Shown piece after piece: positions 9,735-19,153 of a stretch of 64,000 nt of DNA (its first letter is position 1; each line of letters begins with the position of its first letter). The stretch is from NCBI GenBank assembly GCA_036351155.1, contig JAZBOO010000280.1, forward strand, positions 6,147 to 70,146, in the 5' to 3' direction. The translations under genes were made by a program, and so were the position numbers. This DNA comes from Candidatus Krumholzibacteriia bacterium. Its GTDB lineage: Bacteria; Krumholzibacteriota; Krumholzibacteriia; LZORAL124-64-63. Below the pieces are notes generated by a model that worked only from the letters and a program-made list of their open reading frames with translations, searched no databases and was not told the DNA's origin.

Positions 9735-10611
9735 GCGCGCCCAGTTCAGCTACATCGTGCGGGAATCGTTCGCCGGCTTCCACCGGCGGAAATTGACCAC
9801 GGGTGTCACCATCCTGATCATGGGTTCGTCCCTGCTGGTCCTGGCCGTCCTGACCCTGGCCACCCTGAATCTGGGCTATCTGCTGGAATCGGCCCGCGCC
9901 AGCATCGACGTGCGGGTTTTCCTGAAGGAAGGCCTGGCCACCGAGGAGGTGGCCGAGCTTCAGCCCCGCCTGGTGGTCATTCCCGGGGTGCAGCAGGTGA
10001 ACTTCATCACGCCGGAGGCGGCCCTGCACGAGTTCCGGGCCAGCCTGGGGGAAGATGCCGACATTCTCGACCTGATGGACACCAACCCCTTGCCCGCCTC
10101 TTACCACCTGACGCTGAATCCGAACGCGCGCAACCTGGACGCCGTGCGGGCGATCCGGGACGAGATCGCCGCCTGGCCCGAATCGGGCGACGTGGTGTTC
10201 AACCAGGCCTGGGTGGACGCGCTGGAGGCCTGGGCTTTCCGCTTCCAGGTGGCCAGCCTGATCGTGGGCCTGGTGGTCTTCTTCGCGGCCGTGTTCGTGA
10301 TCTCCAACACCGTCAAGCTGACCATGGCGGCCAACGCCCGGGTGATCTCCATCCAGAAGCTGGTCGGGGCCACCAACGGGTTCATTCGCACGCCCTACCT
10401 CATGGAAGGCATCATCCAGGGGCTGCTGGCCGGAATGCTGGCCATGGGGCTGCTGGCCGGGGCGGGACATATCTTCGGCGATCAGGTGGGCGACGTGGTT
10501 TTCTTCGCGCCCGGTCAGATTGCCGGCTTTATCGGCTTCTGCGTGTTGCTGGGATTCCTGGGGTCCTGGTCGGCCATGCGCAAGTACCTGCGCCTGGGGA
10601 GTGAAATCTGA
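9727..10611 (+). CDS. ftsX: Cell division permease FtsX
   Basis: Four TM segments and a large periplasmic loop. It overlaps the ftsE stop by 8 nt, which implies translational coupling. FtsX family architecture. Confidence 0.88.
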   Translation: MLKRAQFSYIVRESFAGFHRRKLTTGVTILIMGSSLLVLAVLTLATLNLGYLLESARASIDVRVFLKEGLATEEVAELQPRLVVIPGVQQVNFITPEAALHEFRASLGEDADILDLMDTNPLPASYHLTLNPNARNLDAVRAIRDEIAAWPESGDVVFNQAWVDALEAWAFRFQVASLIVGLVVFFAAVFVISNTVKLTMAANARVISIQKLVGATNGFIRTPYLMEGIIQGLLAGMLAMGLLAGAGHIFGDQVGDVVFFAPGQIAGFIGFCVLLGFLGSWSAMRKYLRLGSEI

Positions 10612-11816
10612 TGACATGGTGGCGTAAAAGCAGTGCCTGGTTGCTGATTCCGGTGGCCATGTTGACCCTGGCGGTGGCCGGGGCCCAGGAGAACGATCGC
10701 AATGCCGATCTGTTGCGGGGCAAGATGGCCGAGAGCGAGAAGGAGCTGACGGCCATCCGCGAGGAGATCAGGGCCCAGCAGAACCGGATGAAGGGGCTGG
10801 ACACCCGTGAGGCCGAGGTGACCCGGGACCATCAGGAAATCCTGGCCGAGATCGACCTGATCCAGCAGCTGCTCAGCGGCATGGATCAGCGTCAGCGCCT
10901 GCTCGAAGAGCAGAAGGAGGGGCTGCAGGTTTCCCTGGAGCGCAGCCGGCGCGCCTACCGGGGGGGGCAGGAAGCCCTGGCGGAAAACCTGCGGGCCATG
11001 TACCGGCGGGGCCGTTTCGGACGGGTGGAGATGATCCTCACCTCGCCCAGCTTTTCCAGCTTCGTGACCCGGATGCGCTACGAAGCCCTGCTGACCCGGC
11101 TGGGTGCGGGGCTGGTGGAGCAGACCAAGCAGGAAGCCATCAACATCCACAGCCGGCAGAAGCAGCTGGAAGTGGCCCAGGCCGAGATCAACCTCTCGCG
11201 GCAGGAGGCTTCGGCCCAGACCAGCCGCCTGGAAGATCTGGTGGCCGAGCAGATGGCCGCCTTGCGCGACCTCAAGGGTGAGCGTCAGAGCATCAGCGGC
11301 CGTTTGCTGGAACTGAGCATGAACGAGCAGCGACTGTCCTACGTGCTGGAAGACCTTGAGCAGCAGCGCCAGGAGAAAGCCGCGCGCCAGGTGCCTCCGA
11401 CCACGGGCTCGCTGCAGGAGATGGCCGGGCAGCTGGAATGGCCCGTTCAGGGCGAGCTGCCGCGGGGGTTCGGCCGGTCGGTGCACCCACGATTCAAGAC
11501 CGTCACCCTGAACAATGGTGTGAACATTGCCGCGTCGGTGGGGGCCCCGGTGGCCGCCGTGGGCCTGGGCGTGGTGGAATTCGCGGATGTTTTGCCTGGA
11601 TTCGGTCAATGCGTTATCCTTGATCACGACAATGGGTACTACACCCTTTACGCGCATCTGGACCGGACCTTCGTGACCAAGGGGCAGGATATTGCCCGAG
11701 GCCAGGTCATTGCCGAGGTCGGACGCCCCGAACCCGGAGAGCCCTCGCAGCTCTATTTCGAGGTTCGGCTGGGCAAGACGCCCCTGGATCCCGCCGACTG
11801 GTTGAGGACGCGGTAG
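10611..11816 (+). CDS. EnvC-like coiled-coil M23 peptidase (murein hydrolase activator)
   Basis: Signal peptide, long coiled-coil region, C-terminal LytM/M23 domain (GVNIAASVGAPVAAVGLGVV...YYTLYAHL). Start overlaps the ftsX stop (ATGA). Confidence 0.85.
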   Translation: MTWWRKSSAWLLIPVAMLTLAVAGAQENDRNADLLRGKMAESEKELTAIREEIRAQQNRMKGLDTREAEVTRDHQEILAEIDLIQQLLSGMDQRQRLLEEQKEGLQVSLERSRRAYRGGQEALAENLRAMYRRGRFGRVEMILTSPSFSSFVTRMRYEALLTRLGAGLVEQTKQEAINIHSRQKQLEVAQAEINLSRQEASAQTSRLEDLVAEQMAALRDLKGERQSISGRLLELSMNEQRLSYVLEDLEQQRQEKAARQVPPTTGSLQEMAGQLEWPVQGELPRGFGRSVHPRFKTVTLNNGVNIAASVGAPVAAVGLGVVEFADVLPGFGQCVILDHDNGYYTLYAHLDRTFVTKGQDIARGQVIAEVGRPEPGEPSQLYFEVRLGKTPLDPADWLRTR

Positions 11817-11859
11817 TTCCGGACCCGACCGCGCACCCATCCGAACAGCGGAGCATACC

Positions 11860-13041
11860 GTGGGCAGGACCGCCTTTCCCGGCCGCCAGGCCGTTCTCGA
11901 CAAGCTGCTCCAGGTCAAGCAGGGCGACAAGCTGGGGCAACCGTTCCTGCTGGTGGGGCCCGAGGGCAGCGGCAAGGAAAACACCGCCCTCGAATTTGCC
12001 CGCTTGCTCAACTGTGTCGCGCCGCAGACCTGCGGGCCCGCCCGCCTGTGTGAAAGCTGCGTCAAGATCCTGGGCTTCCAGCACCCTGATGTCCGCTGGA
12101 TCGGGCCGGCCCCGGCGGCCATCAAGGAAGCCGAGGTGCGGGACCTCTTCGATGCCAAGATCGCCAACCCCTTCTTTCAGCCGCCCTACGCCGCCACCAG
12201 TTTCGTCAGCATCGGCGATCCCGAAAATCCGGGCCCGCTCTCCATCCGGTCCATCATCCACTTTCTGCGGCGGCGTGCTTTTCAGAGCCCGTACAAGGTG
12301 GCCGTGGTGGCCGACGGCCATCGCATGAACGCGGCGGCGGCCAACGCCTTTCTGAAAACACTGGAGGAGCCGCCTCCGGCCACGGTCATCTTCGTGCTGA
12401 GCACCGGCACCGAGGGCATGCTGCCCACCATCCTGTCCCGCTGCCAGAAGATCCGCTTCGAGCCCTGGCCCGAGACCGAGCTGGTCACGCTGCTAGGCAC
12501 CATGACCGATCAGCCGCCCGAGGCGGTGAGCCAGGCCGTGCGCGTCAGCGACGGCAATGCGCGTCGGGCTCTGGAACTGCTGCGGCCCGAAACCGGGATG
12601 GTGCTGGACTGGGCGGCCCAGGTCTTCGGCTGGATCCAGGAGCAGAGACATGCCCTGGCCGGCATTGCGGCCGATGAGATCCACCGCGGCCTGCTGGGGC
12701 ACGCCGTGCTGCCGGAAGGGGCGGGGCCCAAGACGGGTGAGCTGAAGGACACGGCCAGCCGGCGCAATCGCGCAATCCAGTTGTGTGAACTGCTCAACTT
12801 GCACTACAGTGACACGGTGGGCCTGATCGAGGCCGGCGACCAGTGGCCTTGCCGACTGCCCGCGATGGCGTCGGTCACGGGCCAGGCGGCGCGCCGTCGA
12901 CAGACGGCCACCTTGCTGAAGGACATGGAAAGGATCGATGCCGCCCGCGGGGACATCGACCGCAACCTCAACATCGGACTGGTCCTGGCGGTCCTGTTCG
13001 AAGAATTGATAGAGAATGTCCGAAGAGATCAGACCAGCTGA
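11860..13041 (+). CDS. holB: DNA polymerase III delta' subunit
   Basis: GPEGSGKENTALEFARLLNC followed by a Zn-module CxxC (CESCVKI) and SRCQ sensor motif, typical of delta'. Confidence 0.85.
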   Translation: MGRTAFPGRQAVLDKLLQVKQGDKLGQPFLLVGPEGSGKENTALEFARLLNCVAPQTCGPARLCESCVKILGFQHPDVRWIGPAPAAIKEAEVRDLFDAKIANPFFQPPYAATSFVSIGDPENPGPLSIRSIIHFLRRRAFQSPYKVAVVADGHRMNAAAANAFLKTLEEPPPATVIFVLSTGTEGMLPTILSRCQKIRFEPWPETELVTLLGTMTDQPPEAVSQAVRVSDGNARRALELLRPETGMVLDWAAQVFGWIQEQRHALAGIAADEIHRGLLGHAVLPEGAGPKTGELKDTASRRNRAIQLCELLNLHYSDTVGLIEAGDQWPCRLPAMASVTGQAARRRQTATLLKDMERIDAARGDIDRNLNIGLVLAVLFEELIENVRRDQTS

Positions 13042-13978
13042 TGAATCCATCCCGGGCCCGGTGCCCGGTCTGGATGTCCCCTTGCCGGCTCCGGATGAGC
13101 CGGAGCTGGTGCTGGTGCAGTTCAAGGGCCACCGCAAGGGCTACTATCACAATCGGAACCGGCTGGATCTGGTGCGCGGTCAGTACTGCGTGGTCGAGGC
13201 GGACCGGGGCCGCGACATGGGGCGGATCACCTACATCGGGCCCGGCAAGCCGGAGTGGTGGGGCACCGCCAACATGCAGGGTGTGCTGGCGGTGGCCGAC
13301 GAGAAGGACCTGGAACGACTGCACAACAATCGGGGCGACGAGTGGGAGTTCTGGGATATCTGCCAGGAGAAGATCCAGTACCGTCGGTTGAAGATGAACC
13401 TGGTCAGCGTCGAGCGGCAGTTCGACCACAAGAAGATCACCTTTTATTTCACGGCCGAGAAGCGGGTCGACTTTCGCGAACTTGTGCGGGACCTGGCCGC
13501 CGTGTTCCGCACCCGCATCGAGCTGCGGCAAATCGGTGTGCGCGATGAGGCTCGTCTGAAGGGCGGGCTGGGCATCTGCGGCCGCGAGTTCTGCTGCTCC
13601 GGTTTCCTTCACGAATTTTTGCCCGTCACCCTGAAGATGGCCAAGGTGCAGCAGCTGCCCCTGAACCCCGGCAAGCTGAGCGGCCCCTGTGGCCGGCTGC
13701 GCTGCTGCCTGACCTTCGAGCAGGATGTGTATCAGGAAGTCCGCCGTCGGTTGCCCCGCGTGGGGGCCAGGGTGCAGACACCCGCCGGCCCCGGAACGGT
13801 GCGCAAGCTGGACCTGCTGCAGGAAGAGGTGGGCGTTTCGGTGCCCGGAGTGGATGGACTGAGCGTCTATCGCGCGGCGGACCTGTGCTGGGACGGCGAT
13901 GCTGATCTGCCCGAGCCGCGATCAATAAATTCGTCCAGCTGTGGCCAGGGCGGCTGTTCCCGGAGAGGCCCCCATTGA
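13016..13978 (+). CDS. PSP1 C-terminal domain protein (RicT/YaaT homolog)
   Basis: Conserved PSP1 region ...ICGREFCCSGFLHEFLPVTLKMAKVQQL...GPCGRLRCCL... with a cysteine cluster. It sits in the classic position downstream of holB and overlaps holB by 26 nt. Confidence 0.85.
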   Translation: MSEEIRPADESIPGPVPGLDVPLPAPDEPELVLVQFKGHRKGYYHNRNRLDLVRGQYCVVEADRGRDMGRITYIGPGKPEWWGTANMQGVLAVADEKDLERLHNNRGDEWEFWDICQEKIQYRRLKMNLVSVERQFDHKKITFYFTAEKRVDFRELVRDLAAVFRTRIELRQIGVRDEARLKGGLGICGREFCCSGFLHEFLPVTLKMAKVQQLPLNPGKLSGPCGRLRCCLTFEQDVYQEVRRRLPRVGARVQTPAGPGTVRKLDLLQEEVGVSVPGVDGLSVYRAADLCWDGDADLPEPRSINSSSCGQGGCSRRGPH

Positions 13979-14778
13979 TCGACAGCCACGTCCACCTGAA
14001 CCGCCAGGAACTTTCCGGTGAAACCGCCGCCGTTCTGGAACGGGCCGCCGCCGCCGGTGTCCACGGCTTCCTGAACGTGGGGTATGATCTGGAGACCAGC
14101 GAAGCCTCCATTGCCCTGGCCGAATCCGACCCCCGCATTCTGGCCACCGTGGGCATTCATCCTCATGACGCGCTGCTGCTGGCCGACGACCAGGGGAAAA
14201 TCACCCCCGCTGGTGAAACCGCCCTGGCCCGGCTGGAAGAGCTGGCGGCGCATCCCCGGGTGGTGGGCATCGGGGAAATCGGTCTCGATTTTTTTCGCGA
14301 CCTTTCGCCCCGTCCGGCCCAGGCGGCGGCCATGACCTGGCAGCTGCAGCTGGCCAATCGGCTGGAACTGCCGGTGGTGTTCCATATCCGTGACGCCTGG
14401 CCGGAAACCCTGCAGCTGATCGACCAGGTGGGTGTTCCGGTCAAGGGCGGCGTGCTCCACAGTTTCAGCGGCACGCCCGAGAATGTGGAATGGGCTCGGG
14501 CCCGGGGCATGCACCTGGGGATTGGCGGGCCGGTGACCTACAAGAACAGCCACCTGCCCCAGCTGGTGGAGCAGGCGGGCCTGGACCTGCTGCTTCTGGA
14601 AACCGATGCGCCCTGGCTGCCCCCGGTGCCCTACCGGGGCAAGCGCAACGAGCCGGCTTATCTGGCCCATACCCGCGATGGCATCGCTTTGGCACTGAAC
14701 TTGCCACCAGATGAGGTGGCCCAGAGGACCACAGCCAACTTCCAGCAGATCTTCGGCGGAGGACTCGGTGACACGTAG
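13975..14778 (+). CDS. tatD: TatD-family metal-dependent DNase (YabD-like)
   Basis: N-terminus MIDSHVHLN, GIHPHDA, VVGIGEIGLDF, LPVVFHIRDA, LHSFSG, LLLETDAPWL: all TatD signature blocks. ATGA overlap with the PSP1 stop. Confidence 0.9.
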   Translation: MIDSHVHLNRQELSGETAAVLERAAAAGVHGFLNVGYDLETSEASIALAESDPRILATVGIHPHDALLLADDQGKITPAGETALARLEELAAHPRVVGIGEIGLDFFRDLSPRPAQAAAMTWQLQLANRLELPVVFHIRDAWPETLQLIDQVGVPVKGGVLHSFSGTPENVEWARARGMHLGIGGPVTYKNSHLPQLVEQAGLDLLLLETDAPWLPPVPYRGKRNEPAYLAHTRDGIALALNLPPDEVAQRTTANFQQIFGGGLGDT

Positions 14779-15604
14779 CCAGCAGAATCTTTTGCGGGAT
14801 TACGGCATCAAACCGGTGAAACGGCGCGGTCAGAATTTCCTGATCGACACCAATCTGGCCCGGTCCATCGCCCAGGATACCCTGGAACTCGGCCGTGAAA
14901 TCCTGGAACTGGGGGCGGGCGGCGGGGCCCTGACCGTCCACCTATTGGGACAGGCGTCCCGTGTGGTGTGCGTGGAAGTGGACCGTCACCTGTGTGCCTT
15001 GCTGCAGGCGGAATTCGGTCATCTGCCAGAATTCCAGCTGGTGGAAGGCGATCTGGCCAAGCTGGACTGGACAGCCACCCTGGACCTGGCCGGACCGCGG
15101 CCCGTGGTGGCCGGCAACCTGCCCTACGTCCTGACCAGCAAGGTCCTGTTTGCCCTGGCCGACCACCGCAACCGCACCGCAGGCGGGGTGTTCATGGTCC
15201 AGAAAGAGGTGGCCGAACGGTTGACCGCCACCCCGGGAGGCCGGGACTACGGGATCCTGGCGGTGGTCCTGGGCTCGCTGTTTGAAATCAGACTGGTGCG
15301 AACGGTACCTTCTACCGTATTTTGGCCCCGGCCCGAGGTGGCATCGGCCATCGTGCGGCTGGTGCCCGGGGAAATCTGGGAGGATGCCGAGTACCACCAG
15401 TTCACCGCCGTGGTGAAGACCCTGTTCGGGCAACGCCGGAAAAAATTGCGCACCCAGCTGCGGGCGCATTTCCAGCTGGAAGGTGCCGAGATCGACGATC
15501 TCTGCCGACCCATCGATCTGGACCCCGATCTCAGGCCCGAGCAGATCGAGGCTTCATTGCTACGTCAACTGGCCGCGAAGCTGCCGCGGAAGGACAGTTC
15601 TTGA
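14768..15604 (+). CDS. rsmA: 16S rRNA (adenine1518/1519-N6)-dimethyltransferase RsmA/KsgA
   Basis: GQNFLID, LELGAGGGALT (SAM-binding) and NLPY motifs. GTG 14768 lies 5 nt after GGAGGA. The ORF-track start at 14711 would overlap tatD by 68 nt. Confidence 0.88.
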   Translation: MTRSQQNLLRDYGIKPVKRRGQNFLIDTNLARSIAQDTLELGREILELGAGGGALTVHLLGQASRVVCVEVDRHLCALLQAEFGHLPEFQLVEGDLAKLDWTATLDLAGPRPVVAGNLPYVLTSKVLFALADHRNRTAGGVFMVQKEVAERLTATPGGRDYGILAVVLGSLFEIRLVRTVPSTVFWPRPEVASAIVRLVPGEIWEDAEYHQFTAVVKTLFGQRRKKLRTQLRAHFQLEGAEIDDLCRPIDLDPDLRPEQIEASLLRQLAAKLPRKDSS

Positions 15605-17682
15605 ACTTGCATCGCTCCGGAGCAGGCAACACGAAAACACCGAGGCCCTGGCTGATCCTGGCCCTGGTCCTGTTGCTGTGTCCGGCGGTGGTCCTGGCCC
15701 AGGAATATGCCCAGGCCGACAGCCTGGCCACGGCCGATGGCGACACGCTGTCCGCCGATATGACCGTGGCCGAGATGGCCGCCCTGGAGAATGCGCGCAG
15801 CCGATCCGCCGAGGCCGAAGACCTGCCCACAGGGTTCTTCATCGGACTGAACAGCAGCGCCAAGGCCGGCATCAGTTTCGATGTCCGCGTGAACAGGTTC
15901 TACGGGGAGCTGAAGAACGATGTGGTCATGGCCGGGGGATCCACCTTCAACAACACGGCCAAGTGGTCCTGGGACGATTTTCGTCAGCAGGAGAAGACGG
16001 TGGATGTCCGCAACGACCGCTTCCTGTACAACTCCGGCACTCTGCTGCCTTTCAAGCTGAGCTCGAACGGAAGCTGGGACTGGTCCGAGGACAACACCAT
16101 CAACTCGGCCGGGTTCGAGAACCTCTCCAAGCGCGATTTCAAGACCGGCAACATCCAGCTCAACAAGCCCAAGTTCGATCTCGCGGGCATGAAAGCCATC
16201 CTGAAAACATCGGTGGGCACCAGCGACCAGAAGGCAGTCAGTCGCGACCAGCGCAACGATTTCACCGAGGCTTTTCTGGACGGTGGAGCCCAGCTGGGGC
16301 GGGAACTGGTCGAGGGTGTGGCTCTGGCCACCAGCGTGTACGGCAAGACCATCTCCGGTGACAAGACTCTGGGCGACAGCGCGGCGCCGACCACGACCAA
16401 CAGTGATTCGCTGGGCATCGGGGTCTACTTCGAGCGGGGAATTGCCAACGGCCGGTTGACCATTGCCCGCAGCAACTTCGAAGAGAAGTACCTGGACTAC
16501 CGGCGCAACACCACCGGGCAGATCGACACCGTGCGCGTGGACGAGTTTGACAAGGTTGTCGACGAGCTGAAGACCACCGATGCGGTGAGTGTCGAGTTCG
16601 AGAATCAGATGCGGGTGGGCCGGCTGGGTTTCCGGACTTCCCTGTCACGGGATGCGGACGAACTGGCTTACCAGGCCAGCGGTGTGGGCCGCAAGGAAAG
16701 GCAAACCGACAAGGCCCGGTTCGGACTCACCTATGCCACCGGACGGGACTCCTTCAGCCTGGACTATCACTACCTCTGGAAATGGGACGATCAGCGCCTC
16801 AAGAATGCGACGGCCAACCGCGGGCGTCAGTACATCAAGAATCGCGATCTGGATTTCTTCTACGGCCGTGAGCTTTTCAAGGCCACCGATCTCACTGTCA
16901 AGTACCACACGGGTCTGGGGCAGGATATCGCCCAGAATCAGTTCAACGCCAATGACAAGGATCGCCTGAACAACGACCTGTCCATTCAGATGGGGCGCGA
17001 CTGGCGGGGCAAGTTCAAGGTGGATCTGCTGTTTGCCTACAAGCAGAGCAAGGATGTGGCCATCCGGTCGACCAGCTCGGCCAACAACAACCTCAAGGAT
17101 TCTTACGAGGTGTCGCCGGGCTACCGCTGGCCGCTGGCCGACTGGCTGACCTTGAGCCAGACCTACCGCATCTATATCCAGTACACGGATTACGTGTATT
17201 CCGATCTGGAGCAGGTGACGCGCGAGGACGACTACAGCAAGCGGGGCAATCTGAACTCCATCGTGGTCATCAAACCGTCCAGGCGGCTTGAGGTGGCCAT
17301 CCGGCACGATTACAACAAACGATCCAGCGCCGTGAAATCGGCCACCGATGTTCTGGGCCGCACCAGCTACTTCACCAAGCAGAAGCAGGCCATCAACAAG
17401 ATCGATCTGGGGGCCACCTTCAAGTTGACCGAGGGGGTGACCATCGAGGCGGCCACCTTCCGGACTCGCGACTTCAAGGAGATTTTCGGCACCTCGGTGA
17501 GTGATAGCGAGGTCTTCAGCGGCGAGGTCTGGATCGGGGCCAAGGTGGATCAAGCGTGGGGCCCCAACGACGATCTGTTGCTGTCGGCGGTCATCAAGAA
17601 GTACAATGCCTTCGGGCCCAGCGTCACCGAAGAGACCAGTGATTACTGGGAAGCCGATGTCTCGCTGAAGTGGGGGTTCTAG
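15601..17682 (+). CDS. Outer-membrane beta-barrel protein of unknown family
   Basis: TTG 15601 overlaps the rsmA stop. Signal peptide TKTPRPWLILALVLLLCPAVVLAQE. Polar, beta-rich, alternating-pattern sequence with a C-terminal aromatic residue (...LKWGF), characteristic of OMPs. The ORF-track upstream extension to 15322 is a GC-driven artefact. Confidence 0.6.
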   Translation: MNLHRSGAGNTKTPRPWLILALVLLLCPAVVLAQEYAQADSLATADGDTLSADMTVAEMAALENARSRSAEAEDLPTGFFIGLNSSAKAGISFDVRVNRFYGELKNDVVMAGGSTFNNTAKWSWDDFRQQEKTVDVRNDRFLYNSGTLLPFKLSSNGSWDWSEDNTINSAGFENLSKRDFKTGNIQLNKPKFDLAGMKAILKTSVGTSDQKAVSRDQRNDFTEAFLDGGAQLGRELVEGVALATSVYGKTISGDKTLGDSAAPTTTNSDSLGIGVYFERGIANGRLTIARSNFEEKYLDYRRNTTGQIDTVRVDEFDKVVDELKTTDAVSVEFENQMRVGRLGFRTSLSRDADELAYQASGVGRKERQTDKARFGLTYATGRDSFSLDYHYLWKWDDQRLKNATANRGRQYIKNRDLDFFYGRELFKATDLTVKYHTGLGQDIAQNQFNANDKDRLNNDLSIQMGRDWRGKFKVDLLFAYKQSKDVAIRSTSSANNNLKDSYEVSPGYRWPLADWLTLSQTYRIYIQYTDYVYSDLEQVTREDDYSKRGNLNSIVVIKPSRRLEVAIRHDYNKRSSAVKSATDVLGRTSYFTKQKQAINKIDLGATFKLTEGVTIEAATFRTRDFKEIFGTSVSDSEVFSGEVWIGAKVDQAWGPNDDLLLSAVIKKYNAFGPSVTEETSDYWEADVSLKWGF

Positions 17683-17683
17683 C

Positions 17684-18304
17684 ATGATGATCCTGGACCG
17701 AGGGCCCCGGCTGGGCCAGACCCTGGTGCTGACCCTGGGGCTGGCCATGTTCTTGAGTGGGTGTCTTTTTGAACCCCGCGATGACGAACCGCCTTCCCTG
17801 GGTGCCCAGGTCACGTACAACCCGCGGAACAGTCCGCGCAATGTCTGGGAGAACCTGCAAATTTCCCTCCAGAACAACGACAGCTTCGGCTGGGAGGAAA
17901 ATATCAGTCCCGATTTCACCTACGAGCCCGATTCGGAATCTGTGCCCGCGGATAATCCCGGTTTTTTTCAAGGCTGGAACTTCGAGCGAGAAAAGGCATT
18001 CATCAATAACTTCTATACCAGTCCGGTGACTTCTCAGGCCCAGATGCGCAACGACGAATTCATTGTCCCGGAAGCTTCGGGGGTCGAGGTGATCTGGACC
18101 GAGGTCATCTATTTTGTGCGGGTGACCAACACCAATGACAATTCCGAAATCCGGTATCGAGGTTCAGCAAATATCACCTTTAAGCTCGAGGGCAATTTCT
18201 GGTATGTTTACAGGTGGGTGGATCTCATCGGGGAAAATGACCCCGATACTGGTCAGCCATTGCCAACTCTGGGGGTGCTGCGCGGAACATTTGGTAGCAA
18301 TTAA
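17684..18304 (+). CDS. Lipoprotein, unknown function (paralog 1)
   Basis: ATG lies 1 nt after the OMP stop. Signal peptide plus lipobox LSGC. Weak similarity to the downstream lipoprotein. Confidence 0.6.
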   Translation: MMILDRGPRLGQTLVLTLGLAMFLSGCLFEPRDDEPPSLGAQVTYNPRNSPRNVWENLQISLQNNDSFGWEENISPDFTYEPDSESVPADNPGFFQGWNFEREKAFINNFYTSPVTSQAQMRNDEFIVPEASGVEVIWTEVIYFVRVTNTNDNSEIRYRGSANITFKLEGNFWYVYRWVDLIGENDPDTGQPLPTLGVLRGTFGSN

Positions 18305-18434
18305 ACACAGTATATGTTAAATTCATGGGAGAGTATCCCGGTTTTTAACCGCAACATGCCGCGTTTCTGGTTGGGCTTCTCGTTCAAATTCCCTGTCACC
18401 CCAGGGAGGCCCTGGAATTATGGAGGACCGTGAG

Positions 18435-19061
18435 ATGAAAAGGAACTTTCTGTTACTCTTGATGGCCCTGGCCCTGATGGTCGGTCCGGCCGGTTGTATC
18501 TTCTCGCCCGACGATAATACAGGGGATCCCCCTGGAGGGAACACCGACCTGGAGTACCCCAAGGATCCCGATACCCTCATCAAAAATTTCAAGCGCATCT
18601 ACACCGAGATGCGGATTGATGATTTCAAGGCCATGCTCTTCAGCGAGTACAAGACCGTACTTCTGCCCTCGACTCTCGAGGAATGGAACGATGCGGGGAA
18701 CCCCCTGGCCGAGGATGTTTTCTACCGTGAGGACGAGATCAACATCCACCAGAACATGTTCTCCGGGAATACGGGGCTGCGACCGAATGGCGATACGGTT
18801 CCGCCCATCGCTTCCATCCAGGTTGATCTCCTCTCAAAGTTGACGAGCTGGGAGCTCATTCCCGAATCCCATGTCCATTTTTCCGGGCAGGGAGGGTACT
18901 GGGCCCTGTTCCATGTGAATCTTTCCTTCTACCTTCCGGACGGATCCCGATTCCAGGTTCAACAAAATGTGGAGTTCTACGTGGTGCCCACCGACGACAA
19001 CGGACGCACCAAGTGGCTGCTGCTGGGCCAGGTCGGGATCGAGCCCAGTAATGATCCCTAG
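18435..19061 (+). CDS. Lipoprotein, unknown function (paralog 2)
   Basis: GGAGGA lies 7 nt upstream of ATG 18435. Signal peptide plus lipobox GPAGC. Preceded by an AT-richer promoter-like gap (18305-18420). Confidence 0.6.
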   Translation: MKRNFLLLLMALALMVGPAGCIFSPDDNTGDPPGGNTDLEYPKDPDTLIKNFKRIYTEMRIDDFKAMLFSEYKTVLLPSTLEEWNDAGNPLAEDVFYREDEINIHQNMFSGNTGLRPNGDTVPPIASIQVDLLSKLTSWELIPESHVHFSGQGGYWALFHVNLSFYLPDGSRFQVQQNVEFYVVPTDDNGRTKWLLLGQVGIEPSNDP

Positions 19062-19153
19062 ACCCGGGCCCTTGGCCGGATCTGCTTGACAGCCGATACA
19101 CAAAGAGGGAGCCTTGACGGGCTCCTTCTTTTCCCCGCATATGGAGATGCGAC

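Noticed and set aside
15322-15600. N-terminal 93-aa extension of the OMP ORF (MAPARGGIGHRAAG...)
   Set aside because: It lies entirely inside rsmA in another frame, and its composition is Arg/Gly/Pro-rich nonsense. A signal peptide begins right after TTG 15601.
18305-18420. AT-richer gap between the two lipoprotein genes, considered as a possible small RNA or mobile-element edge
   Set aside because: It is only about 115 bp with no repeats or ORF. Most likely it is simply an internal promoter for the second lipoprotein gene (TTAAAC...TATATGTTAAAT-like hexamers).
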